From an uncultured Planctomycetota bacterium (GTDB taxonomy: Bacteria > Planctomycetota > Planctomycetia > Isosphaerales > Isosphaeraceae): a stretch of DNA of 64,000 nt. A model generated the notes under the pieces. That model was not told the DNA's origin, made no database searches, and saw nothing but the letters and a program-made list of their open reading frames with translations. Location: positions 1,792,001-1,856,000 of the forward strand of contig CAWGMQ010000004.1 in NCBI GenBank assembly GCA_963823665.1, read 5' to 3'. Shown here in pieces: positions 13,901-24,880 of the stretch. The position numbers and the translations under genes are program-made. The first letter of the stretch is position 1; every line of letters starts with the position of its first letter.

Positions 13901-15191
13901 ACACGTGATAGGCGATCGCACCCAGCGAGAAAACGTCGAGGTGCTCGCCCACGCTATTCTCGTCGGCGATGGCCTCCGGCGCCATGTACGCGGTCGTGGC
14001 ATCCTCGACCAGCCTGTCTACGTGCGATGTCGCCGCAATCGCGCCAGAGACCTTCGATGTCGACGTGCCTTCCCGATATCCCACCTGCCAGTTCAGGATC
14101 TTGATTTTTGGATGAGACGTCGACGGATCACGTACCAGAATGCTCTGGGGGCAGAGCCCTCGATGAACGACTTTTTTATCGTGTGCGAAACGGACGACTT
14201 CCGCGATCTGCCTCATCAGGTCGAGGCGTGCGCCGACGTTCAAGGAATCTCGCTGCTGAGATAAGAAGTGGTCAAGCCGAAGTGCCTGCGGATCATGCTC
14301 GAAGATGAGCGCAGGTCCCAGCTCGTGTTCGGAGAAACCATAAATTCGCAGGATCGCCGGATGCTGAAGTGATTCCAGCAACTGGAATTCTCGCAATGCC
14401 GCACGTTCGAGCTTGCCCCGGTCCTCCTTGCTTGACTCGGTTCGCACGTGGTACACCCGCACGCGGCGTTTGATGTCCTCCAGTCGCACGTGGGTCGCGA
14501 GCCAGTCCTGGTAGCCCGGTCCCTCGCCGAGAATTCGTTCGAGAAGATAGTCGCTGACTTTTCGATGGCGCTGGCATGGGCGGATCCCCGCTTGATCCAT
14601 CGCCTGGCTGACCATCTTGGCCGTCGGCTGGTTGTGCGTCCCTTTCAGATACCGCTCGAGCCCCGGGCATTCCCGGTTCTTGATCGCTGCGAGGATGCCG
14701 GGGCGACGCTCAACATCGCCGGCCCGTTCCCGATCGCGCAGGCAAACCCGGTAAGCCGCCGTGCCCTTGAGGTCGAGCTGCAACCCAGGCGCCGAGCAAA
14801 AGACCAGATGCTCGATGAACGGAACGGTTCCCTTGTTCTTGCAAGCTCGCTGGCGCTGAAGCAGCGCACGCAGCTTCTTCGCCTTCGCGTTGGCGGCGAG
14901 CACGGGATTGTCCGAGGTGATCAACCGGCCCTCGGTCTCCCACGACCAGGTCCCCGCGTCGCCAAAGAGCCGCCCCGGCCTGCTCTTGATCTCAACGAGA
15001 AAGAACCCTTCCGGCGTGAATGCCAGAAAGTCAACCTCATTGACACTTCCGTCATCGGCGATGAACTCGAAGTTGCTCCAAGCCTGGTAGGGTTCATGAG
15101 CCGGGAAGCCCGCCCGGACAAACTCGAGCGCTTCTCGTTCCCACGGAAACCCAGACTCCGCGACCTTGATCCAGTTCTGCCCGGCTGCCAT
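10932..15191 (-). CDS. pglW: BREX type 2 Ser/Thr kinase PglW (NERD + two kinase-like domains + RNAP alpha-CTD-like)
   Basis: WSNFEFIADDGSVNEVD..VEIKS (NERD), VVHRGLCPQSIL, AHRDIKPDNI..LFDFSL, TRATNALDRANLLTVEDLL; upstream of pglX. Confidence 0.93.
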   Translation of the reverse strand: MAAGQNWIKVAESGFPWEREALEFVRAGFPAHEPYQAWSNFEFIADDGSVNEVDFLAFTPEGFFLVEIKSRPGRLFGDAGTWSWETEGRLITSDNPVLAANAKAKKLRALLQRQRACKNKGTVPFIEHLVFCSAPGLQLDLKGTAAYRVCLRDRERAGDVERRPGILAAIKNRECPGLERYLKGTHNQPTAKMVSQAMDQAGIRPCQRHRKVSDYLLERILGEGPGYQDWLATHVRLEDIKRRVRVYHVRTESSKEDRGKLERAALREFQLLESLQHPAILRIYGFSEHELGPALIFEHDPQALRLDHFLSQQRDSLNVGARLDLMRQIAEVVRFAHDKKVVHRGLCPQSILVRDPSTSHPKIKILNWQVGYREGTSTSKVSGAIAATSHVDRLVEDATTAYMAPEAIADENSVGEHLDVFSLGAIAYHVFSAEPPAASGLELSNKLRETKGLQISSVMNGAGQNLQDLVRFATHPEITSRIDSVADFLELLEGVEDELTAPEHQYVVDPEQAQKGDLLPGGLTVIRRLGHGACSIALLVERGGQDYVLKAANDPEQNDRIQNEAEVLQKLRHQHIVEFCDKAPIGEHAGFLMRPVLVDKNEKRVETLGQRLRKEGRLHIDHLQRFGVDLLDVLNYLQEQGIAHRDIKPDNIAVGMVGRSDTLHLMLFDFSLARMPNENIRAGTTGYLDPLLPLRKPPRWDLHAERYAAAATLHELATGTLPRWGDGTTDPSHMTCEITIDAELFDASLRERLTGFFRKAFRRNVAQRFDNAEEMLTEWRHCFENIEQPGTLSDHVDEETLRSLLAGATFDTQVHELGLGTRATNALDRANLLTVEDLLTVPIRRLARLRGVGNKTRREIVTAVRILRERLGSPAGSASSGPPVVDEAPAPGEEADTASLSIDLLAGRLLPKARTDGPDPAAGVMSVLLCLGGETGKPWPSQAEVAQLCKFSRGRLSQVVGTYQARWAKEPAITRLRTDVSGIMGSAGGVMLVPELAEALVVARGSVEDEPRRTALARAVVRAAVEVERSMREPRFHVRREGARVLVALSPELAAFALRLGEIGDKLAGEDPLVPPQRALERLRDLSAPDGSPLIADSRLVRLAALASCHSALSSRHEFYPRGMEAARALKLSQGAIYGVASLTVQEIRERVKSRYPEAAELPGPPELDVLLRDAGFDFEWDPALRGVGGYKSRLTESFTYSSASASAVRESTGMATGEDTQIEVTPEIADARQFEDRLKHGIKEGSFTVLLVNPKCYQCAYQELARRFPVELVDFEALFLDALRQVVDKAGAKWDAVVSADANPGDGKWDRLMVLVKRAMPIVEARLHAVKKPMLMIYAGLLARYGQMGLLESLRDKIGRRDGIAGLWVLVAGDHQALLDGKVVPTLSPGQRVRIPESWLRNKHRANGGGSSERSGDE

Positions 15192-15304
15192 ATCTTGACT
15201 ACATCACAGATGCGACGAGCATTCAAAGTTGTGATCAACCTTACCAAAGCCATCCTGGTATGCTAGCAGGTGGTGTTTACATCCGTCACCAAAAGAACTA
15301 CGCC

Positions 15305-16071
15305 ATGACCCCCCGAATCCGCCCACTATCGCGCCAGGAACTCCGCCAGCTAGACTCCCAGGCCGCCGGGCAGCTCGGCCTACCCACAGGGTTCCTGATG
15401 GAGAACGCCGGGCGAGGCGCCGCCGCCTGGCTCGCCGAGCTCTGCGGCGCAATCCCACCAACCGCCGGCGGCCGCCCTCTTTCACCAGATCCATCAAGGC
15501 ACACACCCGACATCCCCCGCGGCCCGGCCCATCTGCCCAGAGTGCTGGTCCTCTCCGGCCCCGGCAACAACGGCGGTGACGGCGCCGTGCTCGCCAGGCA
15601 TCTCGATGGCTGGCGATTCCCCGTCCAGGTCCTGTGGCTCACCCAGAGCAAACTCCTCTCCGGAGATCCAGCCCTGCACTGGGCAGTCCTTCAGAAATCC
15701 GGGATCAACCAGTCAGCATGGCTCGATGATCAGCCAGACGACGCTGCTCTGCCCCCGATCCTCTCGAGGGCAGACTGGATCGTCGACGGCCTCCTGGGCA
15801 CAGGATTATCGCGCCCCGTCGAGGGCCTCCTGCGCACGGCGATCGATGCCATCAATGCCGCCGGCAAGCCGATCCTGGCTCTCGATCTTCCGTCAGGACT
15901 CGACGCCGATACGGGCGCCCCGCTGGCGCAGCCGTTCGAGCCAGCGCCACCGCGACCTTTGCCGCCCCCAAGCTCGGCTTCAGCGCCAAAGGCGCCGCGG
16001 CCTACACCGGCGAAATCGCCGTGATCGACATCGGCCTACCCCGATGCTTGCTCGAGCCGTACTACGTCTGA
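15305..16071 (+). CDS. nnrE: NAD(P)H-hydrate epimerase (YjeF N-terminal), frameshift near 15925
   Basis: [42 protein letters not shown]-terminus [11 protein letters not shown]...VIDIGLP in a shifted frame. Confidence 0.85.
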
Positions 16072-17195
16072 CTGACCCTCCGCCGGCGTCGCCAGAATTC
16101 GCGATCCGCCCATCGCCGCTCCATCGAATAATACTCACCCTGCTCCCGCAGATAATCCGCAAACGCAATCTCCAAAACCTCGGCATACCGGCGAATACCA
16201 TCTGCGTCCCCGCCCAGGCAAGTATCCACCGCCTCGCCGCAGCGCGTTCCGGTCCACAGCGCCGTCAAGATGCCGCGTGATGACAGAGGATCCAGCGCCA
16301 TCGCCGCATCCCCGGCCGCCGCCCAGCCGTCACCGGCCGCCAGATCAAGCCGCGCCGTCCGCGCTGAGCCCGCCTTCGGAGGATGCTGAAGCCTGTAGCC
16401 AAACGCCTGGAAATACGGCCCGATGCACGCGGTCTGATCGAGCAGCGAGCGAAACACGCTCGCCCCGCGCGTGATCCCCTGCGGCGCCAGGTCCGCGTCC
16501 GTCAGATAAATGAAAACCCGGCGCCCGCCAGGCACGAGCGAGGTATACCACCATCCGTCGGGCGCGGCTTCCACCAGCGTGTGCTGCTCGATATCCGGTC
16601 GCTCGCTGGGTCCAACCACCGCCGTGAACGCGGCCAGTCGGTCGCTGGCGCGCAGCTTGGCCCCCAGCCGCCGCGCAATCGCGGCCGGCCGGCCGCTGGC
16701 GTCGATCACCCAACGACAGCCGATCTCCCGCTCGCCAGACCGCGGGTCATCAATCCCGACACACCACCGCCCTGATTCCTCTCGGGAAACGCGCCTCAAA
16801 TAACCGCTCCGCACATCGGCTCCTGCGGCTCGTCCCGCCTCAACGAGCGCGGCGTCAAACGCAGCTCGGTCGAGAATCCAGCCCTGACCGTTGGGGTCGA
16901 AGAGAAAGTCGACGCACTGAACGTCGGGGCTGCCCCACACCGAGAGATTCCCGAGGCACGCGAGGTGCCCGTCCTTGCTAACCTGATCCAGCGCACCGAT
17001 CGCGCGCAAAAGCGGCCGAGCAGCCGGCGGCAGCGACTCACCAGCAGGACCGGTCACGCGATCGGCATTCCCAACCAGCAGCACCCGACGCCCCGCCCGC
17101 GCCAGAACCACAGCAGCAGCAGCCCCCGCCGGCCCCGCACCCACGACAACGACATCAGAATTGCAATTCGCAGACATGCTCTCAGACCGAGCCAT
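16062..17195 (-). CDS. LodB/GoxB-like FAD-dependent oxidoreductase
   Basis: [46 protein letters not shown]; directly downstream of the lodA-like gene. Confidence 0.85.
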   Translation of the reverse strand: MARSESMSANCNSDVVVVGAGPAGAAAAVVLARAGRRVLLVGNADRVTGPAGESLPPAARPLLRAIGALDQVSKDGHLACLGNLSVWGSPDVQCVDFLFDPNGQGWILDRAAFDAALVEAGRAAGADVRSGYLRRVSREESGRWCVGIDDPRSGEREIGCRWVIDASGRPAAIARRLGAKLRASDRLAAFTAVVGPSERPDIEQHTLVEAAPDGWWYTSLVPGGRRVFIYLTDADLAPQGITRGASVFRSLLDQTACIGPYFQAFGYRLQHPPKAGSARTARLDLAAGDGWAAAGDAAMALDPLSSRGILTALWTGTRCGEAVDTCLGGDADGIRRYAEVLEIAFADYLREQGEYYSMERRWADREFWRRRRRVSQT

Positions 17196-17205
17196 CCCCT
17201 CGAGG

Positions 17206-19100
17206 TCAGTTTCCTTGCTTGAAGCGGTGCACTTTTCCGATCAGCGGCAGCGCCGCCTCGCCCCCCTCAGGCAAAGAGACTCCCATCGCTCGCGCCGCTT
17301 CCGGCAGCTCGGGCCGTGATTCCACCATGATCACCGGCGGAAACGCCTCATCGCCATCGCCTTTGACCCCGGGCCGGGCCTCGACCACGCCCAGTTTTCC
17401 GAAATCCGCAACCATGTTGTTGATCGCCTGGTAGTACTGCGCAAGCGTATCGACCGGCCCCAGGCCACGCAGCCAGAGCGCACGCCGCTGAAACGCCGCC
17501 TCGCGCTCAGCGGCAGACTTCGACGGGTCGATCACGATCAAGTAATCGTGCAGCGTGAGCACATCATTCGGCAGCGCGCAGGCCAGAACGTGGGCAAGTG
17601 CATGTCGTATCGCTTGTCATAACCAGCCCGGCAGCTCGCCGTGTCGGTCTGCCACGGCACCGCCATCCACCGCGAGAGCCCGCCAGGTGCCTGAGCATAA
17701 AGGGGTCCGCCCACGGTCACGACGTTTTCCGGAGTGAGCTTTGGCCCAAGCGGTGGCTCCGGATCGCTCGCCCGTCGATGGCGAATGCGGAAGGGCGCGG
17801 AATACATGGTGGGATGGCGAACCGGCCAGGTCATTTCACAACCGGGGTGAAACGCGTCGGCCAGGCAGAACTCGAGCGCGGACCGGTCGAGCATTGCGGG
17901 TTGTGCCGCGACCGGCACTTCTTCAAGGGTTCGCGGCGGCTGCGCGGCCGGATCGAAGTCCTCGTCAAAGGTCCCATCGGCCCACTTCGCCAGCAGCCGC
18001 ATCTGCGTCGCGGTCAGCTCGATCTGTTGCCGCACTGACACCGCGGGGATATTCATCGCGTCGCCGTAGATCCACGGCCAGGGGACCGGAGACATGCCGT
18101 CGCGGTTGATATTGCGGAACGCGTTAAAGATTTCACGACGGAGCTCGGCATACTGGGAACCGGTACTCGCCAGCCGTGTGAGGTATTCCGGCGTCAGAAA
18201 GTCATTCGGCGCGCCCCAGCCGAACTGCGCGGCAAACCCGTGGTTCACCCACTGGAGACGAGTGAGCCGCCGCAGAATTGGATAAACGTCCCGCGTGAAC
18301 GACGCCCGCGCCGGGGGCTCGAGCGACCCCGCCTGGATATACACGTCGGTGAGCAGATCATACATCGTTCGCAGGCCGTGCAGGTCCGGCGCGTAGTTCG
18401 GCGGCCCAACCAGCACCCACGCGGGCTCGACCGGAATCGGTTGTCCGCCAATCTGAACCACGGCCGTGACCGGACCGTCCGAAACGTCATCATGCCAGCC
18501 ATCGTTGTTGGCGAAGTCCTTGGCGGGTGTGCCTGCGGCTGAAGCCGAAACCCCACGGCCGCCGAGGAACAACAACCGGCCCTTCTCGTCCGTGCGAATC
18601 TCTCCCAAGTAGACAGGAGTGTCCAGAAACTTCCCGTCGTCAAACCAGTACTTTCGCCCCGACTTCTTCGCCCCTGTGATCGACCGCGCCTTGGGCGTGA
18701 TGGCCAGCTTCGATCGGTCGGCTTCTTGAGCGTTGCGCAGATTCGACGGATCCGCAGAAGACGCCTCCGGAATATCGAGCGCGAGCTGGAACTGATACCA
18801 CGCGGCCTTGTTGTTGGCGACTTGCACCGTCCACTCAATGTCGGCGTTGTCCGCGGTCAGCTCCACGACGGCCTCGCCCGCGGCGTTGTAGCCGTACGCG
18901 CGAAAACGAGCTGCCTGGCGCTTGAGTGCTCCGGTTGCATCCTTGGCGAACCCGGGCTTGACCGGCTCCGGGTCGGTCACCTCCGGTCCGATGAAGAACC
19001 CCGTCTCGCTGTTGCCCACCCGGGCAATGCCGAGCGCCGGGTGGATCGCCGCGCGCACGACCTTGCTACGTGTGTCACGCGCCGTCTTGACTCGTCCCAT
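17206..19100 (-). CDS. LodA/GoxA family CTQ-dependent oxidase, 1-bp frameshift near 17575
   Basis: AIHPALGIARVGNS, NNDGWHDDVSDGPV, DAFHPGCE, MAVPWQTDTASC, PTFWPAR|(V)PNDVL. Confidence 0.88.
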
Positions 19101-19294
19101 CGCGAGCACCTCCCGCCAGGCCCAGGCACCGGTCACCCCACGCCAAGTTGTAACGACCGAAAAGCGCACCAACAAGCCATCACCCACCATGGCCTGAGCG
19201 CCCAGGCCGCCCCTTGCAGCCCCCAAAGCGGCAAGCCCAAAATCAAGGCGAGTCAAGTGCTCCTTCGTAACTGAAGTGATGCGAGGACATCATC

Positions 19295-20887
19295 GTGAAA
19301 TCATATTTGGCGAAAGCCTTGCTCGCGGCAACCGCGTTCTGTTCGAGCGCACCCGCTCCCATCAAAGCCCAGCAAGATTCCCCCACCAACCAGGCGATCC
19401 GTGCGGTCAATCAGGGCAACGTCGAAGGCGCGATTGACCTCTTGAACAAGCACCTGGAGAAAGACGCCAAGGACGTCCAGGCCCGCGTGGTGCTGGGTCA
19501 GATCCTCGATTTCGACGGCCGTCCCGATGAAGCCGTCAAGCTGTGGGAACGCGCTCTCACGGGCGCGGAGACAGATTTTACTCTGCTCATGTCCATCGGC
19601 GAGATTCGTCAACGCCAGGGCCGCGATGGGCCGACGATCAGCAATCGCCGCGGCATGCTGCAAGTCAAGCCCAGTACGAACAAGGTGGAGGAAGCTGCCT
19701 TCAAGAAGGCAAAGCTCGCTCTGGCAGAAGCGGCCTATGCAACGGCCCGCGCGCTCCAGCCCGCCGAGGAAGACGCCGCGGCGGCTCTGGCAGCGGTCTA
19801 TTCGCTCGAGGAGAAACACGACGCGGCGGCTCAGGTCTGGAAATCCCTGATCGAGCGGGAGCCCAAGAATGCCGGCTACCAGTTGCAGCTCGCCCTGGCA
19901 ACCCGGCAAGCCGGCCGTTCGGACGAAGCCGCGCGCTACCTGGAACGCGCCATCGCGATTAATCCCCGCCTCGCCGAGGCCCACAAGGCCCTCGCCGAAT
20001 ACCAGAAAGCGAAAGGCCGCACCGCCGAAGCGGCGCAAAGCCAGAGCCGCGCCGATTTCTACGACCGACTGCCTGCCTTCTGCACGCTCGAGTATTCGAC
20101 AGACAACCAGAAGACGCTGGATCATCTGGAAGATCCGGAGACCGTCCGCAAGCTGGTTGCTGATCCCTCGAAGACCGCCGCGGAATTCCTGGCCGTGCTG
20201 TGCTGGACCCATCCGCACAACGATCTCGAGACAACCGCATTCGACGCCCTGGAATCGCGCGGCGCCGCAACCACGGCGATTTTGCAGGAGCTCTTCAAAG
20301 AAGCCCGAAGCACATGCACCGTGAGGAGCACGGCGCACATCCTCGCCCGGAGAAAAACCGACGGGCTCCTTGACGAGTTGTTGAAGAGGCTGCCGGGCGA
20401 TCTTCGCGGTTTCGGCATGGAAATGGACATCGCCGGCTCGCTCGACGACCTTGGCGACGCACGTGCCGTTGCGCCTTTGATCGAGATTCTCAACCCGGAA
20501 AAGGCCGATCGATCGCAGGACGGCCTTCTGACCGACCGAACGACTGCGCGCGGCCGGGCCGCGCTGGCTCTGGGAGCATTCGACACCCCCGAATCTCGCC
20601 GCGCCCTCGAACAAGGCACGCACAGTCCGCAGGTAAAGGCTCATTGTCTGGCCGCGCTCTATCGCCTGACTCGCGATCAAAAACACCTCGACGCACTGGA
20701 AGCGGCCATTTCCCAGAACGAGGGTTTCGCGACCTACGCCATAGGTAACTATTTGCGCAAGAAGGTCCCCACTGAAGCCGCCAACGCTCTGGCCCAGAGG
20801 TGGCAGCGCGAGCGCGAAGCCGGGCAAGCCGCCACCAAGGCTCAATCCGAAAAACCCGCGCCACCCAAACCCAACAAAAAGCAGTAA
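19295..20887 (+). CDS. exported TPR and HEAT-repeat protein
   Basis: Signal-like N-terminus, TPR-like helices (AARYLERAIAINPRLAEAH), HEAT-like GDARAVAPLIEIL. Confidence 0.7.
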   Translation: MKSYLAKALLAATAFCSSAPAPIKAQQDSPTNQAIRAVNQGNVEGAIDLLNKHLEKDAKDVQARVVLGQILDFDGRPDEAVKLWERALTGAETDFTLLMSIGEIRQRQGRDGPTISNRRGMLQVKPSTNKVEEAAFKKAKLALAEAAYATARALQPAEEDAAAALAAVYSLEEKHDAAAQVWKSLIEREPKNAGYQLQLALATRQAGRSDEAARYLERAIAINPRLAEAHKALAEYQKAKGRTAEAAQSQSRADFYDRLPAFCTLEYSTDNQKTLDHLEDPETVRKLVADPSKTAAEFLAVLCWTHPHNDLETTAFDALESRGAATTAILQELFKEARSTCTVRSTAHILARRKTDGLLDELLKRLPGDLRGFGMEMDIAGSLDDLGDARAVAPLIEILNPEKADRSQDGLLTDRTTARGRAALALGAFDTPESRRALEQGTHSPQVKAHCLAALYRLTRDQKHLDALEAAISQNEGFATYAIGNYLRKKVPTEAANALAQRWQREREAGQAATKAQSEKPAPPKPNKKQ

Positions 20888-21058
20888 ACACCTCGTTCCA
20901 ACGCTCAGCGCGGGAACACCCTCCCCGACGCTTCGCGTCTCATCCACCAGCACCTGGGTGCCCCCCCCGGGCCGAACCTCCTGCCGCCTCATAACGTATG
21001 ACCTGATAGATCAAGCCGGCTCATGGCTGAGCCAGCTCAGTACAAGAAAGGGACAAGG

Positions 21059-21430
21059 ATGTACCTCACTTCAAGACGCAAACGGATGACGGCCGTCCTG
21101 GTCGTCTTGTTTTTAATCTCCTCAAGCGCCGCCCAGGCGTATGCCCACGGCGGCGGGCACGGCGGCAGCGGGGGCGGTCACGGCGGAGGCGGTGGGCACG
21201 CGGGCGGCTGGGGCGGTGGTGGTCACCCCGCCAGCGGATCCTTCGGCGGTGGCTCCCATTCGCTCTGGTCATCGGATTCCAGCCTCTGGCCTTCCGGCAG
21301 CGGTACCAGTCCGAACCCTTTCGTCGACTACTCGCCCAGTTACCCCGACGACCTCCCCTCGGCACGCATCCATCGCTTCCTGGAAGACCACCTACCACAC
21401 CCTCACTGGGTGCATTGGTTCCACGGTTGA
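21059..21430 (+). CDS. small exported Gly/His-rich protein
   Basis: Signal peptide (AVLVVLFLISSSAAQAYA) then GGGHGG repeats; RBS aagga. Confidence 0.5.
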   Translation: MYLTSRRKRMTAVLVVLFLISSSAAQAYAHGGGHGGSGGGHGGGGGHAGGWGGGGHPASGSFGGGSHSLWSSDSSLWPSGSGTSPNPFVDYSPSYPDDLPSARIHRFLEDHLPHPHWVHWFHG

Positions 21431-21624
21431 GCGGGGGGACGCCTCTCACCATAACGCCCGTGCCTTTCCGGCGGCAACTTCGGATAATCCATGTCGATGT
21501 CCGAAAACGGCCAGACTCGCGACTGGGCCGCGTATAAACTTCTCCAAGCTCAGTGACCGTACTCAAGGCGCACCGAGCTCCACTGACAACCGACAACCAA
21601 CAATTGACATCTGACGACCCAAAA

Positions 21625-23091
21625 ATGCCCCCCGACGACGAGATTCGCTACCGAGCTCTGGCTGCACGTGACGCGCGGTTTGATGGCATCTTCTTCGTCG
21701 GCGTCACGTCGACCCGGATCTATTGCCGGCCGATCTGCACGGCTCGATGTCCCGGCCGCAACCGCTGCCGGTTCTACGCAAACCGGGCGCTGGCCGAGCG
21801 CGACGGCTTTCGTCCGTGCCTGCGCTGCCGGCCCGAGCTGGCACCCGGGCATGCGCCGGTCGACGTGGTGCGCCGTACCGCCCAGGCCGCGGCGGGCCGG
21901 ATCGAGGCGGGTGCCTTGAATGACGGTGGCAGCCTGGACGAGCTGGCCGCCGACCTCGGCCTGAGCGCCCGCCAGCTCAGGCGCGCCGTCAAGCAGGAGT
22001 TCGGCGTTTCCCCGATCGAGCTGGCCCAGACGCAGCGTCTGCTCCTGGCCAAGCAGTTGCTCTCCGAATCGAGCCTGCCGATTATTCAGGTTGCCTTCGC
22101 CAGCGGCTTCGAGAGCGTCCGCCGTTTCAATGCCTTGTTTCGCGCGCATTACCGGCTCACACCGAGCGACCTCCGCCGCCTGGCCAGGCCCTGCACCGGC
22201 GACCTCGTGCGGCTCACGCTCGCCTATCGCCCGCCGCTCAACTGGAGTTCGCTGCTGCGATTCTTGAACGGCCGGGCGACCGCAGGCGTCGAGCAAGTCG
22301 TCGGTCAGGCCTATATCCGTACCGCGGCGGTAGGAAAATACCAGGGCTGGTTAAAAGTCGAGCCGGTCGCCCGCCGCGATGCGCTCTCCGTCGAGATCGC
22401 CACATCGCTGATGCCGGCTTTGCCCGAGATCATGTCACGGCTGAAGAACCTGTTTGACTTGAGCGCCAGACCGGACGTGATTGCCTCGCATCTCTCGGCC
22501 GACGAGCGGTTCGCGGCCCTGGTGCCGTGCTGCGCGGGCTTGCGGGTTCCTGGAGCATTCGACAGTTTCGAGCTGACGGTGCGGGCCATCCTCGGTCAGC
22601 GCGTTTCGGTGCGGGCCGCCACCACGCTGGCGGGCCGTCTCGCAGCCCACTATGGCGTGCTCATCGAAACGCCTTTCCGAGGGCTGGACCGCCTCAGTCC
22701 CGCAGCTTCGCGGCTTGCCGAGGCCCCCGCGGCCGAGATTGCCTCACTCGGCATCGCGGCCCCGCGTGCGGCAACCATTCGCTCGATCGCCCAGGCCGTC
22801 GTCAGCCAACAGCTCGATCTCCAGCCTGGTGCCGACCCCGTCGCAACGACCCTCGCGTTGCAGGCGTTCCCGGGAATCGGCGACTGGACTGCTCAATACA
22901 TCGCGATGCGAGCGCCTCGCTGGCCCGACGCCTTCCCTGCCGGCGATCTGGTTTTGCTCAGGGCCGCATCCACGAAATCACCGCAGCAACTTCGCGACCG
23001 CGCCGAAGCCTGGCGCCCCTGGCGGGCTTACGCAGCCATGTATCTTTGGGAATCCCAGCACCTTCAAGAACAGGAGAGCCTCGATGTCTGA
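21625..23091 (+). CDS. alkA: Ada-AlkA fusion (Ada Zn/AraC regulator + 3-methyladenine glycosylase)
   Basis: [34 protein letters not shown], Ara[28 protein letters not shown]. Confidence 0.9.
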   Translation: MPPDDEIRYRALAARDARFDGIFFVGVTSTRIYCRPICTARCPGRNRCRFYANRALAERDGFRPCLRCRPELAPGHAPVDVVRRTAQAAAGRIEAGALNDGGSLDELAADLGLSARQLRRAVKQEFGVSPIELAQTQRLLLAKQLLSESSLPIIQVAFASGFESVRRFNALFRAHYRLTPSDLRRLARPCTGDLVRLTLAYRPPLNWSSLLRFLNGRATAGVEQVVGQAYIRTAAVGKYQGWLKVEPVARRDALSVEIATSLMPALPEIMSRLKNLFDLSARPDVIASHLSADERFAALVPCCAGLRVPGAFDSFELTVRAILGQRVSVRAATTLAGRLAAHYGVLIETPFRGLDRLSPAASRLAEAPAAEIASLGIAAPRAATIRSIAQAVVSQQLDLQPGADPVATTLALQAFPGIGDWTAQYIAMRAPRWPDAFPAGDLVLLRAASTKSPQQLRDRAEAWRPWRAYAAMYLWESQHLQEQESLDV

Positions 23092-23656
23092 ATCGAACAC
23101 CCAGGTTTATTACAGCATTTATCTGAGCCCGGTGGGCGAGCTGTTGCTCACCTCCGAGCGCGGCATGTTGAGCGGGCTGAACATGGCCTTGCAGCAAGGA
23201 AAGCCCGCCCCGAGCCCGAAGCCGCAGTGGCGCCGCGACGACAAGGCACTGCATGACGTACGCCGGGAGCTTGACGCCTACTTCGAGGGCGACCTGCAAA
23301 CCTTCGATCTGCCTCTCCATATGGCCGGCACGCCATTTCAAAAGCAGGTCTGGCAGGGATTGCTGAAGATTTCGTACGGAACGACCATCAGCTACGCCGA
23401 GCTGGCCCGGCGCATCGGCCGCTCCGGCGCCTCGCGCGCCGTGGGCGCCGCCAACGGCCGAAACCCGATTGGAATCATCGTCCCTTGCCATCGCGTCATC
23501 GGCGCCAACGGCACCTTGACCGGCTACGGCGGCGGGCTGGACCGCAAGGAATGGCTGATCTCCCACGAGGCCGCCGCCGTCGCAGGGTGCGATCAGGGAA
23601 AATTGCAGCAGGGAAATTTGCATCCGCGCAAACGCATGCCTACACTAGCAAGGTAG
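23084..23656 (+). CDS. ogt: methylated-DNA-protein cysteine methyltransferase
   Basis: [33 protein letters not shown]. Confidence 0.92.
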   Translation: MSESNTQVYYSIYLSPVGELLLTSERGMLSGLNMALQQGKPAPSPKPQWRRDDKALHDVRRELDAYFEGDLQTFDLPLHMAGTPFQKQVWQGLLKISYGTTISYAELARRIGRSGASRAVGAANGRNPIGIIVPCHRVIGANGTLTGYGGGLDRKEWLISHEAAAVAGCDQGKLQQGNLHPRKRMPTLAR

Positions 23657-23701
23657 ATCCACACCCCAAGAAGCGGCAAAACTCCAAGGTCGGACGGTCC
23701 C

Positions 23702-24880
23702 ATGATCAATCGTCGAGACGCGCTGAAATCGCTCGTCGGCGCCGGAGTTCTCTCGTACGCCGGCACGGCCTCCGCACAGACTCCCTCCAAGCGCTCAACG
23801 AAAAAGAAAAAGAGCGCGTCCCCCGCCACAAGCGAGAAATCGCTAAAAAGCGACTCCAGGGTGGAAGACTTGCTCGGCCCGATTCGCGACGAGCATCATC
23901 TCCCGGGTTTGGTCGGCGGCATCGCGTTCGGCGGGAAATTGGCGGCCTTGGGTGCCCTCGGCATCCGCAAGATCGGTTCGTCCCAGCCGATCCAGGTGAC
24001 CGATCAGATGCACCTGGGCTCGTGCACCAAGGCGATGACGGCAACGATGATCGGCTCGCTGGTCGAAACCGGCAAGCTCTCGTGGCGATCGACCTTCAAG
24101 GACATCTTTCCCGAGAGTGCGGACCAGTTTCATCCCCAGTTTCAGACGGCGACGCTTTCGCATTTGCTCACGCACCGCGCCGGCCTGCCGCACGACGGAC
24201 CATGGTGGAGCCTGCCCGGCCAGACCACAACCCAGGCGCGGCACGCTCTCATGACCAGCATGCTGCAGGAAGCACCTCTCTCCAAGCCAGGGTCGAGTTA
24301 CGCTTACTCGAACGTCGGCTACGCGCTGGCTGCCCTCATGGCCGAACAGGTGAGCGGCGAATCCTGGGAGAGCTTGATGCAAACGCGGCTTTTTGAGCCG
24401 CTGGGAATGTCATCGGCAGGGTTCGGCACGCCCGGGCGAGCGGGCGCCGTGACCGAGCCCTGGGGCCACCGCCTCGACGGCCGTGACGTGAAGCCCACCC
24501 AGCAAGACAACGCCCCGAGTCTGGGCCCGGCGGGCACCGTCCACTGCTCGCTTCCCGATTGGGCCAAGTTTGCCGCGCTCCATCTGGCAGGCGAGCATGA
24601 TAGCTCCAAGCTCTTGAAACCGGCGACGCTCAAAACGTTGCACACCCCCCCGCCATCTTGCGAATACGCCGGAGGCTGGATTGTGCTCGAGCGGTCCTGG
24701 GCCGGCGGTACGGCGCTCAACCACGCCGGCAGCAATACAAGCTGGTACGCGGTCATCTGGCTGGCGCCGGCCCGGAATTTCGCAGTCCTGGTCGCAACCA
24801 ACCAGGGCGATAAACCAGCGGAACAGGCTACCGACCAGGCCGCCAGCACGTTGATCCGCGCCCTGCGTTCGTTCCAGTGA
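23702..24880 (+). CDS. Tat-exported serine hydrolase (beta-lactamase class C-like)
   Basis: NRRDALK Tat motif, SCTK (SxxK), YSN, HAGS. Confidence 0.85.
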   Translation: MINRRDALKSLVGAGVLSYAGTASAQTPSKRSTKKKKSASPATSEKSLKSDSRVEDLLGPIRDEHHLPGLVGGIAFGGKLAALGALGIRKIGSSQPIQVTDQMHLGSCTKAMTATMIGSLVETGKLSWRSTFKDIFPESADQFHPQFQTATLSHLLTHRAGLPHDGPWWSLPGQTTTQARHALMTSMLQEAPLSKPGSSYAYSNVGYALAALMAEQVSGESWESLMQTRLFEPLGMSSAGFGTPGRAGAVTEPWGHRLDGRDVKPTQQDNAPSLGPAGTVHCSLPDWAKFAALHLAGEHDSSKLLKPATLKTLHTPPPSCEYAGGWIVLERSWAGGTALNHAGSNTSWYAVIWLAPARNFAVLVATNQGDKPAEQATDQAASTLIRALRSFQ

